Source: Candidatus Saccharimonadales bacterium
GTDB lineage: Bacteria; Patescibacteriota; UBA1384; 2-12-FULL-50-11
Reading direction: 5' to 3'
DNA length: 64,000 nucleotides
Assembly (NCBI GenBank): GCA_035480235.1
Contig: DATIHX010000008.1
Span: 26,845 to 90,844 of the forward strand
Part shown: positions 1 through 8,788 of the stretch, in pieces
How positions within the stretch are numbered: the stretch's first letter is position 1
Layout: each line of letters opens with the position of its first letter
Translations under genes and position numbers: made by a program
The notes under the pieces: model-generated
Database searches by the model: none
Seen by the model: only the letters and a program-made list of their open reading frames with translations
Told to the model about the DNA's origin: nothing

Positions 1-61
1 TCTCAACAGTTGTTAATGAACGTGGGGAATCATACCATATTATACCCGAAAAGTCAAGGTC

Positions 62-199
62 CTAACGGGTAATTTTGTAGTCTTCCAGCTTGTCTATTTC
101 TTCTTTAGTTTTGGCCTGGTAACTACATTGGGAACACTTAAAGCCCTCTTCATTCCTAATCATTGAACCTCGGCATTTGGGGCACTTTTTATACAGCAT
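62..199 (-). CDS. Small zinc-ribbon protein (45 aa, not in ORF track)
   Basis: Manual translation MLYKKCPKCRGSMIRNEEGFKCSQCSYQAKTKEEIDKLEDYKITR with two CxxC pairs. Confidence 0.6.
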   Translation of the reverse strand: MLYKKCPKCRGSMIRNEEGFKCSQCSYQAKTKEEIDKLEDYKITR

Positions 200-324
200 T
201 AACTCTTAATATCTCGGTAACAGGTAGGAAGTCAAATCTTAGAGTTATTAGAGATTTGCTACTTGACAAACTATACATATATTTATAATACTATAATTAT
301 ATTTATAGTAACGATTGGAGGGAT

Positions 325-654
325 ATGCCAACGAAAGAAGCTACAATTCAGATCGCTAATCAAAGTCCGGCCTCGGCTAGTGAGGCTGCCTTATCTCTGA
401 ATCAGCCCCTTCTCGATCACTCCGGCTTCCAATCGATCGACACGGCGTTGCGCTCGATCTTCCCGACTACTCAGGAAGAAACGAAAGTCCAAAAAGCCCG
501 GGCTATCCTCCAAGAAGTTGCCGCTAATCTTTCCGACCAAGAGGTGGAAATCTTTATTACCGAACTCCAGTGCCTGATCGACTCCTGGTTCGACGTCTAT
601 GAGAAAGGCGTTTTTAACGGTTTGACGCTTAAAGAATTAATGAAAGGAGGGTAA
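325..654 (+). CDS. Hypothetical protein coupled to the recombinase
   Basis: SD GGAGG, TTGACA/TATAAT-like promoter upstream, ends 2 nt before the recombinase ATG. Confidence 0.75.
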   Translation: MPTKEATIQIANQSPASASEAALSLNQPLLDHSGFQSIDTALRSIFPTTQEETKVQKARAILQEVAANLSDQEVEIFITELQCLIDSWFDVYEKGVFNGLTLKELMKGG

Positions 655-656
655 CC

Positions 657-2204
657 ATGGAAAATAAGATAGTTGGCTTAACAGCCAAGCGGATAGAGAA
701 AGCGGTCATTTATTTACGGGTCTCGACCGAAGAGCAGGTCGAGAACTACTCGCTCGATACCCAAAAGGAGATTTGTAAGAAAGAAGCGGACAAACGCCAC
801 TACGAGGTGGCGGAGATATTTCGGGAAGAAGGCCGCTCTGCTAAGACCGCCGATCGGCCGGAGCTGATCCGAATGCTGGAATACTGCCGGAAGCACAAGA
901 AGCAGATCGACACGGTAATAGTTTATCGGCTCGATCGGATCTCCCGCCAAACCTCGGATTATTTAGCCATCCGCAAAAAACTGACCGAGTGCGAGATTAC
1001 TTTAATCTCCGCTTCCGAACCGACCGGTAACAGCCCGACCGAGAAGTTTGTCGAAACGATGCTAGCTGGATTTGCCCAGATGGATAACGATATCCGAAGC
1101 GAACGGTCGCGTAACGGCATGAAAGCTCGGTTTTTAACCGGCCTCACCAACGGCGCGGTTCCTTTGGGCTACATCACCCTCAACGGCTACGCGACGAAAG
1201 ACCCCGAAAGCTGGGATTTGATGAAAGCGGCTTGGGAACGGATGGCCACCGGTACGACAACGCTCCAAGAGATGGCCAATATTCTCACTAAACAGGGCGT
1301 CCAAGAAAAAGTTCGGGGCCGATTGAAGAAGCTCCGCTCCCAGACCATGTCCCGGATCTTCAAGAATAAGTTTTACACTGGCCTCATCGCCTCCAAAACC
1401 TACAACCAGGAGGTTAAAGGCCAACACCCGCCGATGATTACCGAAGAGCTGTTCTACCAAGTCCAGGCGGTCATCGAAGGACGGAACAATAGCAAAGCAG
1501 TCTTACTGGCCAAAAAGAATCCCAATAACCCGAACTTTCCGTTGCGGAGGATTATTAAGTGCAGTATTTGTGGCCATTCTTTCACCGGTGGCTACAGCAA
1601 GGGCAAGAAGGCCCGCTTTGGCTATTATTTCTGTCCACAACGCTGCTACAAGGGCCGCGGGTCCTCCGTGCCGATTGATGACATGGATCAGGAGATGATC
1701 GCCTTGCTGGGGAAGATAACGCTCAAAGAGAAAACCGCTGATTTATTAACGGCTTATATCCGCCGGACCTACCAGGAACGGGCAGCAACGTTAATTACTC
1801 GCCGAGCCGATGCCGACGAAGAGCTCCAGAGCCTCTATAAGATCCGCCAGACGTTGATTGAAAAGAATCTCTCCGGTATTTACTCGGATGATGTCTTTAA
1901 AGAGCAGAATAAGCGGATCGAAGAAAAGATCACGACGATCCAGATCACGAAAAACGATGAAGTCTTGGAGAAGTATAACCTTGAGAGGATTTGCGAATCC
2001 ATTACAGCCAAATTCGCAAACCTCGCTCAAACCTACACAGAATCGTCCCTAGAACAGAAGCGGGTCATGTTGTGTTCGATTTTCCCGGTCGGAGTGCCCT
2101 GGGGCTATCCGGGCTATTCGAACACCCAAATTCATGACGTTTACACCTGTTGCTTGGAACTAAACAGCAATGATGTCTCTTTTGGTGGACCCTACCGGGC
2201 TTGA
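657..2204 (+). CDS. Large serine recombinase (resolvase + recombinase + zinc-ribbon domains)
   Basis: YLRVST catalytic Ser, RLDRISR, CSICG..CPQRC, C-terminal coiled coil. Confidence 0.95.
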   Translation: MENKIVGLTAKRIEKAVIYLRVSTEEQVENYSLDTQKEICKKEADKRHYEVAEIFREEGRSAKTADRPELIRMLEYCRKHKKQIDTVIVYRLDRISRQTSDYLAIRKKLTECEITLISASEPTGNSPTEKFVETMLAGFAQMDNDIRSERSRNGMKARFLTGLTNGAVPLGYITLNGYATKDPESWDLMKAAWERMATGTTTLQEMANILTKQGVQEKVRGRLKKLRSQTMSRIFKNKFYTGLIASKTYNQEVKGQHPPMITEELFYQVQAVIEGRNNSKAVLLAKKNPNNPNFPLRRIIKCSICGHSFTGGYSKGKKARFGYYFCPQRCYKGRGSSVPIDDMDQEMIALLGKITLKEKTADLLTAYIRRTYQERAATLITRRADADEELQSLYKIRQTLIEKNLSGIYSDDVFKEQNKRIEEKITTIQITKNDEVLEKYNLERICESITAKFANLAQTYTESSLEQKRVMLCSIFPVGVPWGYPGYSNTQIHDVYTCCLELNSNDVSFGGPYRA

Positions 2205-2258
2205 ACCGGTCACCTCCTGACTGCCAGCCAGGCGCTCTACCAAATGAGCTAAGGGCCC
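2183..2258 (-). tRNA. tRNA-Ala(GGC)
   Basis: Cloverleaf GGGCCCT...AGGGTCCACCA, anticodon loop CT-GGC-AG, G3:U70, CCA encoded. Confidence 0.97.
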
Positions 2259-2264
2259 GAGAAA

Positions 2265-2936
2265 CTACGAACCAATAATTTGTGAGATTATCTGCAACTC
2301 ATTATAAATGTTTGCCGAAAAGTAGTCTATACGGCAAACACCTTTGTAGGTTAGTTTGAGCGTGACCCTGCCGTGACTTCGGGCGTCAATTTGTGCATCG
2401 TAAAACTTTTCAAGGGGTATGCCAGTTATTTCTGACCAAAATTTCTCTAGTTCTTTGATGTTTTGATCGGCACGGCATTGAAGGGTGCAGCGAAATTTCG
2501 TTTCGTCGATTGGATAGCATTTTCTCAACAACTTTAGAAACAGTTTAATTATTTTTGGGTCGGAATTGCCAAACATTAAGCTACTTGGTTGCTTTCCGCC
2601 CTCAGTAAGATTGAGAATAGATAGGGCGATGAGCGCGGTTTGACGATCAGAACTAAGTTTATCGCTAAGATTGGCGTACTTATTGCTGATGCCCTGCAAA
2701 TACGCCGCTCGTTTCTTCCGAATTACTTCAAGGGCTTTCAGGCGATTAATGGCCAGTTTTTGGATATTTAGTTTATTTATTCTTGAGCGCTGATTATCAG
2801 CTAACCGAATATCGCTACACCAACCCGCGGCAGTACTTTTTGATACCGCTATATCTAGCTTCGAATTGATTTCAGCATACGTGAGCCCTTGCTTGCGCAA
2901 AGCTCGAAACTTAAATTTTACAGCCTCTGGCTCCAT
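2265..2936 (-). CDS. HTH + LAGLIDADG-like domain protein
   Basis: N-terminal HTH (LRKQGLTYAEI..SKST), then LNLTEGGK and FGNSDP..I..F motifs resembling single-motif LAGLIDADG-like proteins. Confidence 0.6.
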   Translation of the reverse strand: MEPEAVKFKFRALRKQGLTYAEINSKLDIAVSKSTAAGWCSDIRLADNQRSRINKLNIQKLAINRLKALEVIRKKRAAYLQGISNKYANLSDKLSSDRQTALIALSILNLTEGGKQPSSLMFGNSDPKIIKLFLKLLRKCYPIDETKFRCTLQCRADQNIKELEKFWSEITGIPLEKFYDAQIDARSHGRVTLKLTYKGVCRIDYFSANIYNELQIISQIIGS

Positions 2937-2979
2937 AACCTAATCGTACTACAGAACCTTTAAATGTCACTAGAACAAT

Positions 2980-4647
2980 TCACCTAACCGCAGAAGCGGG
3001 AGTATTAGCAACAATCGGAGTCGAAGTTGGAGCGACAGATTCGGCTGGTTCATCAGCTTTCAAAATTAAGCTCTCGCCGGTCATTTCGGGCGACTTTTGA
3101 AGGTTAAATAGCGTGAGAATGGTTGGCGCGACATCAGACAGCGAACCGCCTTGACGTAACAGCCAGCCCTTCGCCACATCACCGGCAATAATAAACGGTA
3201 CAGGACTATTGGTGTGTTCAGTGTCTGGCTCGCCGGTTTTGGGGTTAACCATCTGCTCGACGTTGCCGTGGTCAGCTGTGACGATAAAAATACCGCCCAA
3301 CTTATTAACTGCGTCAAAAATTTGCTGCAAGCCCGCGTCCACTGCTTCACAAGCCTGGATGGCCGCTCGCAAATTGCCGGTGTGGCCGACCATATCGGGG
3401 TTGGCGTAATTGAGGACAATGAAATCATACTTGCCGAGGTTTTCCAAAACCGTTTTAGTGATCGCCGCGCTACTCATCGCCGGTACTTGGTCGTAACTGG
3501 GCACTTTCGGCGACGGAACGACGATCCGGTCTTCGCCGGTAAAAGCTTTTTCTTGGCCGCCGTTAAAAAAATAGGTGACGTGAGCGTATTTTTCGCTTTC
3601 GGCCACGTGAAGTTGCTTTAAACCAGCGGCTGAGAGCACACCGGAGAGCGGTAATTTAACATCTTTGGGTTTGAAGGCTACTTCCATCGGTAAACCCTCC
3701 TGGTAGTAAGTAAACCCGGCAAAATAAACATTTTGGAGGATTTTTTTGCGGTTAAAGCCGTCAAAATCCGGCTTCACAATGGCTTGGGTAATTTCCCGGG
3801 CCCGGTCGCCGCGGAAGTTAAAGAAAATTACCGAATCACCATCTTGAATCGGCACGAAGCTGTTATTCTCGCCCTGAATAACAGTTGGCGGAACGAACTC
3901 GTCGGAGAAACCGTCGCGGTAAGCAGCGGCCACCGCTGCCTCGGCGGTTTTGGCGCTGTTACCGACGCCTTCGGTCATCGCCCGGTAAACTTTTTCAATC
4001 CGCTCCCAGCGATGGTCGCGGTCCATGGCGTAGTAACGCCCTTCCACCGTACAAATCCGGCCAAAGCCGAGCTTTTTCAGGTTGGTAGCGACACGGGCTA
4101 AGTACTCTTCGGCGGCAAATGGCGCCGTATCGCGGCCGTCGGTGAAAGCGTGAATGCAGACGTTGGTAAATTCAACACTTTTGGCCATATCTAGCAACGC
4201 AAAGAGGTGGTCGATGTGGCTATGAATACCACCGTCGCTGCAAAGACCCATAATATGAACGGCCTTGCCGGCCGCTTTGGCATTAGTAAAGGCTTTGATT
4301 AGGACCGGATTTTTTAGAAAACTGCCGTCTTTGATAGCGGTAGTAATAGACGGAAATGCCTCTTGTACAACTTGGCCGCTACCGATATTTAAGTGGCCGA
4401 CCTCCGAGTTGCCGCGGTCGTGGTCTGGCAAGCCAACCGCCTCGCCGGAGGCAGCCAAAGTCGTGTATGGGAAGGTTTTAGTGGCCATATTCATAAACGG
4501 TGTGTGGGCCAAGGCCACGGCGTTACCGCCCCATTCCGGCGCTACCCCCCAGCCGTCCATCACGCAAAGGACAATTGGTCTCGGCCCAGCCGGAGAGCCA
4601 AGCTTACCAGCTTCGCTGGTCGCTATTGGTTTCGGCGGTTTAGGCAT
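2980..4647 (-). CDS. gpmI: 2,3-bisphosphoglycerate-independent phosphoglycerate mutase
   Basis: MDGWG, GNSEVGH, DGRD, GRYYAMDRD, NPDMVGHTG, TADHGN motifs. Confidence 0.97.
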   Translation of the reverse strand: MPKPPKPIATSEAGKLGSPAGPRPIVLCVMDGWGVAPEWGGNAVALAHTPFMNMATKTFPYTTLAASGEAVGLPDHDRGNSEVGHLNIGSGQVVQEAFPSITTAIKDGSFLKNPVLIKAFTNAKAAGKAVHIMGLCSDGGIHSHIDHLFALLDMAKSVEFTNVCIHAFTDGRDTAPFAAEEYLARVATNLKKLGFGRICTVEGRYYAMDRDHRWERIEKVYRAMTEGVGNSAKTAEAAVAAAYRDGFSDEFVPPTVIQGENNSFVPIQDGDSVIFFNFRGDRAREITQAIVKPDFDGFNRKKILQNVYFAGFTYYQEGLPMEVAFKPKDVKLPLSGVLSAAGLKQLHVAESEKYAHVTYFFNGGQEKAFTGEDRIVVPSPKVPSYDQVPAMSSAAITKTVLENLGKYDFIVLNYANPDMVGHTGNLRAAIQACEAVDAGLQQIFDAVNKLGGIFIVTADHGNVEQMVNPKTGEPDTEHTNSPVPFIIAGDVAKGWLLRQGGSLSDVAPTILTLFNLQKSPEMTGESLILKADEPAESVAPTSTPIVANTPASAVR

Positions 4648-5854
4648 TCTTATTGGCGGTGAGTTGATCCTCGATAGTTAATAACCGGCGGTATTTGGTC
4701 ATTCTTTCCGGGTGAGCGTCGTTGGGCGCGCCGGTTTTAATAAACTGGGCGCCGATGCCAACGGCGAAATCGGCGATGTAGTCGTCTAATGTTTCGCCGG
4801 AGCGGTGCGAGACGATAATTACGTAACCAGCTTGGCGAGCCTGTTCAACAACTTGCAGCGTTTCAGTGAGGGTGCCGATTTGGTTAAGCTTCACTAAAAT
4901 CGCGTTAGCGGCATTCAACTCGATGCCTTTTTTCAGCCGCTCAGTGTTAGTGACGAATAAATCATCGCCAATCAGCAACAACTTTTTGTTACTAGCGTTC
5001 TGCTTGCTCATTTCGGAACGAAACTCTGCCCAGTTTTGCCAGTCTTCTTCACCGAACGGATCCTCCAGTGAGAGGATGGGGTAATCGTTAATTAAGCCGA
5101 TGTAGCGCTTGGTGGAGACTTCAAAGGTGGCCGGTAAGCTCGAGGCCGCCACGTCAAGAGCGAGCGAAATTTCATCCCAAGGCTTATAACCAGACTGTTT
5201 GATGGCTTGGAGAAGTAAATCCAGGGCGATCTCGTTAGTGTCCAGGTTAGGGGCGTAACCGCCTTCGTCACCGATCGGCACAAATGCCCCGTCGCCACGC
5301 AATATTTGGCCGAGCGTACTAAAAACCAGCTTACCGGCCGAAAGTTGGTTGTGATAACCAGCTACCTTGTCGGGCACCACCATAAACTCTTGCATATCGA
5401 GATTATTATCGGCGTGTTTGCCGCCGTTAATCAGGTTGAACATCGGAATAGGGACGGCAAAGCCCTTGCGGTGGTCTAGTTCACCGATGTACTGATAGAG
5501 CTCTATACCCTTTTCAGCGGCTGCGGCTCGCGATACCGCCAACGAAACGCCGAGCATCGTATTAGCGCCGAGTCGGTTTTTATCGTTGGTACCATCGAGT
5601 TTGATCATCGCCGCGTCAATCTCGGCCTGATCAAATGGGTCTTTGCCCTGCAAGAGCGGTAGAAATTGGTTCTTGATTATTTCCACCGACTTGGCAGGGT
5701 CTACAACTTTCGCCTCAAAAGTACCAACCGACTTGCCGGCCGGGATGGCGGCGGCGCCGGCTTTGCCGCCATCGGTTTCCACTGCCACTTGCAGCGTCGC
5801 ATCGCCGCGCGAGTCGTGGATCACCTCTCCAACAATGTGTTTAATTTTTGCCAT
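4640..5854 (-). CDS. eno: Enolase
   Basis: DSRG, NGGKHA, GDEGG, GDDLFVTN, KLNQIG, SHRSGET motifs. Confidence 0.97.
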   Translation of the reverse strand: MAKIKHIVGEVIHDSRGDATLQVAVETDGGKAGAAAIPAGKSVGTFEAKVVDPAKSVEIIKNQFLPLLQGKDPFDQAEIDAAMIKLDGTNDKNRLGANTMLGVSLAVSRAAAAEKGIELYQYIGELDHRKGFAVPIPMFNLINGGKHADNNLDMQEFMVVPDKVAGYHNQLSAGKLVFSTLGQILRGDGAFVPIGDEGGYAPNLDTNEIALDLLLQAIKQSGYKPWDEISLALDVAASSLPATFEVSTKRYIGLINDYPILSLEDPFGEEDWQNWAEFRSEMSKQNASNKKLLLIGDDLFVTNTERLKKGIELNAANAILVKLNQIGTLTETLQVVEQARQAGYVIIVSHRSGETLDDYIADFAVGIGAQFIKTGAPNDAHPERMTKYRRLLTIEDQLTANKNA

Positions 5855-5997
5855 AGCGTTAATTAATTCCCTCGCTTATTGTACTCAGCTGAGCTCTTCA
5901 CATTTTCCGATTCGAAATGCTCGCGCCGCTCGCCTCGAACCCGAAAAGGTTCGACATCGTGGATCACCTCTCCAACAATGTGTTTAATTTTTGTCAT
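5814..5997. repeat. 41-bp direct repeat of the eno 5' end (5814-5854 and 5957-5997, 1 mismatch) flanking a 102-bp hairpin-containing insert
   Basis: tcgtggatcacctctccaacaatgtgtttaatttttg(c/t)cat occurs twice. Confidence 0.95.
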
Positions 5998-7016
5998 CAG
6001 ATTTTTTTGAGCGCTTCCTTTAGTGTAGCAATTTCTTCGACTGGCGTGGGGTCCACTCCGTAAACGCCGGCCAAATAATAGCTTAACAGGTCGCCGAAGT
6101 GGAGCAGTAACAATTGTTCACCAAGTTGACTACTGGATTGAACCGACAGTGGCACCACCGGAATCTGCTGGTTTTCAAAACTTTGGCTAACAACTTTCGC
6201 CCGCGCCACATTGCGGCTAAAGCTGTAGCTAGATTCTAGTAGTAAGACGGTTAATTTTTCGGGGATAGCGAATTCAAGACCGGCAATCAGGTTATGGCAG
6301 AGCTCCGGCAGGGCGGCCGGAAAAGCAGTGGTTTTACTGTTCTCGTTCAGTTGGGTGGCAAAACGGCGAGCCACCGCCCCTAGCGGCGCGGCGGCAGCGA
6401 TAATCGGCAACTCATTATTAAGGCTCATCGCCAGTGCCTCGGCTTTCGGCTCAAAGGTCCGTTTACTGATGCTGGAGCGAATTTCTTCGATGGCTCGGAA
6501 CAAATCGCCCTCCTTAAATGGGAAGTGGCCGGTTTTGGCCAGTGCCACCAGGAGCGAACCGTACAACTCGCCGATCGCCGCCCGGGGCGGCAGGTCGGGT
6601 TGCAATTTTACGACCGGAAGGCCGTGCATTTCCGCCAACCCCTCCATCTTACCGCCGCTGGTAATCACTAGCGCCGGTATTTTTCGCTCGGCTGCTTGTT
6701 TAACAGCGCTTAATGTTTCTTCGGTTTCGCCCGAGTAGCTAATGGCGATAAACAGAGTCTCGTCGTCGGCCCAGTGCGGCAAATTGTAATCGGCCCAAGT
6801 AAAAATAGGTGTCGGCGCAGCGGCAAATAATTCTTGGGCCAATGCGCCAGCGATGCCTGAGCCGCCCATACCGGCTATTAAAACTTGGTCAAATTCGTTC
6901 GGCAATGCCAAATCTTTTATCCAATGGGTCGTCCAGGTTTTTTCCAATTGATTCGGTAAATCCTGGATTTTTTCCAGCATTTTCCCGTCGTCGAGAACGA
7001 CTATCTGTTCAGACAT
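5997..7016 (-). CDS. Bifunctional phosphoglucose/phosphomannose isomerase (SIS domain)
   Basis: GMGGSG, SYSGETEET, QLNENSK, PELCHN motifs. Confidence 0.92.
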   Translation of the reverse strand: MSEQIVVLDDGKMLEKIQDLPNQLEKTWTTHWIKDLALPNEFDQVLIAGMGGSGIAGALAQELFAAAPTPIFTWADYNLPHWADDETLFIAISYSGETEETLSAVKQAAERKIPALVITSGGKMEGLAEMHGLPVVKLQPDLPPRAAIGELYGSLLVALAKTGHFPFKEGDLFRAIEEIRSSISKRTFEPKAEALAMSLNNELPIIAAAAPLGAVARRFATQLNENSKTTAFPAALPELCHNLIAGLEFAIPEKLTVLLLESSYSFSRNVARAKVVSQSFENQQIPVVPLSVQSSSQLGEQLLLLHFGDLLSYYLAGVYGVDPTPVEEIATLKEALKKI

Positions 7017-7036
7017 AAATTAACACTAACAATTTG

Positions 7037-7108
7037 TGGACCGGATGGGAATTGGACCCACTACTTCCTCAATGCGAATGAGGCGTTCTACCGATGAACT
7101 ACCGGCCC
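7037..7108 (-). tRNA. tRNA-Ala(CGC)
   Basis: GGGCCGG acceptor stem with G3:U70, anticodon loop TT-CGC-AT; CCA not encoded; T-loop reads TCCAATT. Confidence 0.92.
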
Positions 7109-7221
7109 AGAATCATTTTGCCAGTAGTTCTTTCTCGCCTATTGGCTCGAAATGAACTACTGGCCCTTGGTTAGTTCCTACTGTAATTCTACCCTAAATA
7201 TTGATAGAATTAACTAGTTCT

Positions 7222-7305
7222 GCCGGAGTGGTGGAACGGTTTTACACGCACGACTCAAAATCGTGTGAGGGCAACCTCATGTGGGTTCGAATCCCACCTC
7301 CGGCA
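7222..7305 (+). tRNA. tRNA-Leu(CAA)
   Basis: GCCGGAG/CTCCGGC acceptor, anticodon CT-CAA-AA, long variable arm, GGTTCGAATCC. Confidence 0.96.
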
Positions 7306-7309
7306 CAGC

Positions 7310-8038
7310 ATGAAACAAGTGACCTTTGACGAAAACGACATCAAAAAAATAATTCGGGTGGATACAACGGCCCAAAAGTTTTGGCGGCGGTTTTGGTGGA
7401 CGATTCGCCAGGTCATCTACTTACTGGCGCTTTTTGTTTTCTTCTTTTACGCCTTAAACTACGCTGCCTACTTTAAGCGTTTCCAGTACGCGGTTGAAGC
7501 CAAACCGATTCAAAAAATCGCCATTGCTCCACCGCCCGCCCCAGCCGCCCCGCTACCCGATTACGCCCCAGAAGTGGATATCCCGAAAATTAACGTCAGT
7601 GCACCGTTACTAGTTAACGTCTCGGTGGCCGATATGTTGAGCCAGCTAACCAGCGGCGTGGTTCAATACCTGGATACGGCCCTGCCCGGCCAAACCGGCA
7701 ATATGGTGTTAGTGGGCCATTCGTCAAATTTCCCCTGGATTCACAGCCAATACAACACGGTTTTCGCCCTGGTCGATAAGCTAAGTGCCGGTGACCAAAT
7801 CATTGTGCCGTTTCACGCCCAAAAATATGTTTATGAAGTAACTAGCAGTAAAATTGTTAAACCCACCGACCTGGCCGTTTTAAATAAAACCGACACCCCA
7901 ACTCTGACGCTCTTAACCTGTTACCCAGTCGGCACCACCCGTAGCCGCTATATTGTGCTGGCCAAACTAGTGAGCGATAACGTTTCTGGCAGCCAAACAA
8001 GTGAACCGGCTACCGCTACGGTCCCGTCGCCGCGCTAG
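7310..8038 (+). CDS. Sortase family protein
   Basis: N-terminal TM helix, VGHSS, TLLTCYP and downstream Arg; start moved to the ATG after tRNA-Leu. Confidence 0.92.
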   Translation: MKQVTFDENDIKKIIRVDTTAQKFWRRFWWTIRQVIYLLALFVFFFYALNYAAYFKRFQYAVEAKPIQKIAIAPPPAPAAPLPDYAPEVDIPKINVSAPLLVNVSVADMLSQLTSGVVQYLDTALPGQTGNMVLVGHSSNFPWIHSQYNTVFALVDKLSAGDQIIVPFHAQKYVYEVTSSKIVKPTDLAVLNKTDTPTLTLLTCYPVGTTRSRYIVLAKLVSDNVSGSQTSEPATATVPSPR

Positions 8039-8723
8039 GCATTAAAAGGTCGATTTCTTTAGCCGTGGGGCCGTCAAATATTGTTAGCTGCCAGTTGGCA
8101 GTATCGATATTGAAATTCAGCCGATCGCTAGAGCCGGCCTGGTAAATAGTAAAATCTTGGTTATTTTCAGCAAAAAAGAGGTGGAGTTCGTTGCCTTGTT
8201 GGTATAGATAGCTGGTGTCAAGCCGGTGGGCCTGAACAAGTGGGCTGGCGAAGCGGCTGACTAAACTGCCGAAATCGATCAGTTGGCCGTTTTGAAAAAC
8301 CAATCCAATATCAAACGGGCTATTCGGCCGGTAAACAGCCGCTGGAGCGTCGGTGATTTGCGGTTCTTGAGCGATTAAGATCGCTTTTTTCACGACCCCG
8401 GCTTGGCCGGGGGAGAGTTGGAAAATCCGGTCATACGGGTAGAAACCGGCTCTGGTGATGGCTAGGTCGTAACGGCCGCCCGGTAAGCCGTCTAAGGTAA
8501 TCGGTGTGGCATTACCAACCACTTTGCCGTTTAAGGCTACCGTCACGTCGCTTAAGGAATTATTGACGGCGATCACCGCGGTTGTTTCAAAGCTGCCAGT
8601 GGCCTTATCGAACCTCAAGCCGGTCGCCCAAACGATGGTAGTTAGGGTGATGACCAAGAAAAGGGCGGCGCCGACAAGCGAAATAATTAAACTAATTCGC
8701 CGTTGGCGTTTGGCGTAGCTCAT
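8016..8723 (-). CDS. PEGA domain membrane-anchored protein
   Basis: TM helix then ATG..FD, LNGK..G.TP...L.PG.Y.L.I.R.G PEGA pattern. Confidence 0.75.
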   Translation of the reverse strand: MSYAKRQRRISLIISLVGAALFLVITLTTIVWATGLRFDKATGSFETTAVIAVNNSLSDVTVALNGKVVGNATPITLDGLPGGRYDLAITRAGFYPYDRIFQLSPGQAGVVKKAILIAQEPQITDAPAAVYRPNSPFDIGLVFQNGQLIDFGSLVSRFASPLVQAHRLDTSYLYQQGNELHLFFAENNQDFTIYQAGSSDRLNFNIDTANWQLTIFDGPTAKEIDLLMPSAATGP

Positions 8724-8788
8724 TAATTTAGTATAGCGCACTTACTGGCCGTTGTTTCCAGGGAAAGGTTTGGTACAATGCCTCCAAG

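Larger units (their letters stand above)
1..2204. mobile_element. Right end of a putative integrative element inserted at the 3' end of tRNA-Ala(GGC)
   Basis: Large serine recombinase converges on and overlaps the tRNA 3' end; AT-rich divergent promoter region at 200-324; the other att site is outside the window. Confidence 0.65.

Noticed and set aside
7265-7309. GTG start of the sortase ORF
   Set aside because: It lies inside tRNA-Leu; the ATG at 7310 is used instead
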